Assembly: GCA_002269645.1 (NCBI GenBank)
Contig: NIVC01001832.1
Span: 168,591 to 232,590, forward strand
Reading direction: 5' to 3'
Source of the DNA: Macrostomum lignano
Taxonomy: Eukaryota
DNA: 64,000 nt
A program made the position numbers and the translations under genes. The notes beneath the pieces are model-generated. The model was not told the DNA's origin. It worked only from the letters and a program-made list of their open reading frames with translations, and ran no database searches. Positions 62,351 through 64,000 of the stretch are shown here, piece by piece (position 1 is the first letter of the stretch; every line of letters starts with the position of its first letter).

Positions 62351-63209
62351 CTGTCCGGCATCCAGCTCCGTCGTTCCACCACCAACTCCCCGATCCCGGA
62401 GGACCTCCAGAGCTACGCCAAGCGAGATGCAGTCCAGCCTCAGCAGTCGCTGCAGCCGCAGCAGCTTGGCGGCTGTCCGATAGGCCGAATAACGGATGCT
62501 GTTCAGCTCGTCCAGCCGGCGGGTGAGCTCGGCCATGTCCGGGTGATCCCAGCTGGCCTCGCCGTTGTCCAAGTTTCTATAATATGGAGCTCGGCCGGCC
62601 GCCTGGTGAATGCAGCGTTGCCATGGAGACGAGACGCTGCCGGAAACTGCTGGGTGCTGTTGTTGTTGCTGCTGCTGTTGTTTTGTTGTTGTTGTTGCTG
62701 CTGCTGTTGTTGTTTTGTTGTTGTTGTTGTTCCTGTTGTTGCTGTTGTTGTTGCTGCAACAACTGATGATTCTGATACAGTGGGGTGTTAGTCTGGTAGG
62801 CTTGAGGGTGGATTGTCTGGTAGGCAATTTGCTGCTGCTGCTGTAAAGCCAACAGCTGCTGTTGTCGCTGCTGCTGAATGATTTGAAGCTGCTGCATTCT
62901 TCGGGCCTCAGCATCCCCTAAAGTATCAGCTGCATCGTCTTCTGCTGCGGCACTGGCGGCTACGACCGTTTCAGTGTCGGCTTCCATCTCGTCAAATTCA
63001 GCCTCTCCTTCATCAGGGTCGGCGGCGTTGGCGGCAGCGGCAACAGCGTCGGCAGTCGTCGATGAGCGAAGCTCTCGGCCTCGCCTGCGCAGCTCTCTGA
63101 GCCTGTTGAGCAGTGAGTGAGTCAGCAGAAGCCGGCTGCTCTCAGCCTGCACCGCCTGCTCCTCCAGAACTGCCATGGCCGCTTGAGCCGCTTCTGCCAG
63201 ACGTGAATT
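62351..63209 (-). CDS. Dys: Dystrophin exon (acidic/poly-Gln hinge + WW domain), with two apparent 1-nt deletions
   Basis: PWQRCIHQAAGRAPYYRNLDNGEASWDHP...RYSAYRTAAKLLRLQR; the frame changes within the CAA/CAG tract. Confidence 0.8.
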
Positions 63210-63236
63210 CTGCAGTTTGGGTGGATTGGGGAAAGT

Positions 63237-63827
<591 letters not shown>

Positions 63828-63853
63828 GGCCGCTGCTCATAGCCGCCGCTCAC

Positions 63854-64000
63854 CCTTAACTGTGAATTCGATCGCTCAGCCGCGTGAGCGCCTCCTCGCG
63901 GGCCATCAGCCGTTCAAGCCGGTCCAGTTGCGCCTGCCGCGAGGCCAGCTGCCGTTTCGAGCTCCGCGCCACCGGCTGCGCGCTTCCAGCCAGCGCCGGC
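63854..64000 (-). CDS. Dys: Probable further dystrophin exon (helical/coiled-coil), truncated by the window edge
   Basis: RQLASRQAQLDRLERLMAREEALTRLSDRIH; donor choice and frame ambiguous. Confidence 0.5.

Noticed and set aside
62622-62635. X-box-like GTTGCCATGGAGAC
   Set aside because: It lies within the WW-coding exon (SPWQR) and is explained by codons

Overview
Eukaryotic (metazoan) genomic DNA, not prokaryotic. GC-rich exons with poly-Gln/poly-Ala runs and introns inflated by intron-specific minisatellites resemble the flatworm Macrostomum; the species is an inference only. Four spliced genes lie in tandem on the minus strand: a Distal-less/Dlx homeobox gene (exons 1-2; exon 3 lies off the left edge), a doublecortin-like kinase (6 exons, about 916 aa), a BLTP2/KIAA0100/hobbit bridge-like lipid transfer protein (about 20 exons, about 2540 aa) and the 3' half of a dystrophin-family gene (WW, EF-hand, ZZ, coiled coil). 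Mobile elements: an apparently intact 2970-bp Chapaev-type (RAG1/Transib-related) DNA transposon with 122-bp TIRs and a 4-bp TSD; a full-length but decayed 5.7-kb RNase H-containing LINE with a 14-bp TSD; and a hAT-type MITE nested in another hAT-like element. The Chapaev element and the LINE each sit inside a minisatellite. About 40 distinct tandem arrays fill the introns. The most testable oddities involve repeats and splicing: an in-frame ladder of splice donors in dystrophin, a stop-free in-frame intron in the kinase, U1-like and branch-point-like arrays, a YY1-motif array, interspaced CGATA palindromes and a perfect 23-bp hairpin. Exon boundaries were inferred by eye from GT/AG sites, reading phase and recalled family motifs; no alignment or database search was run.
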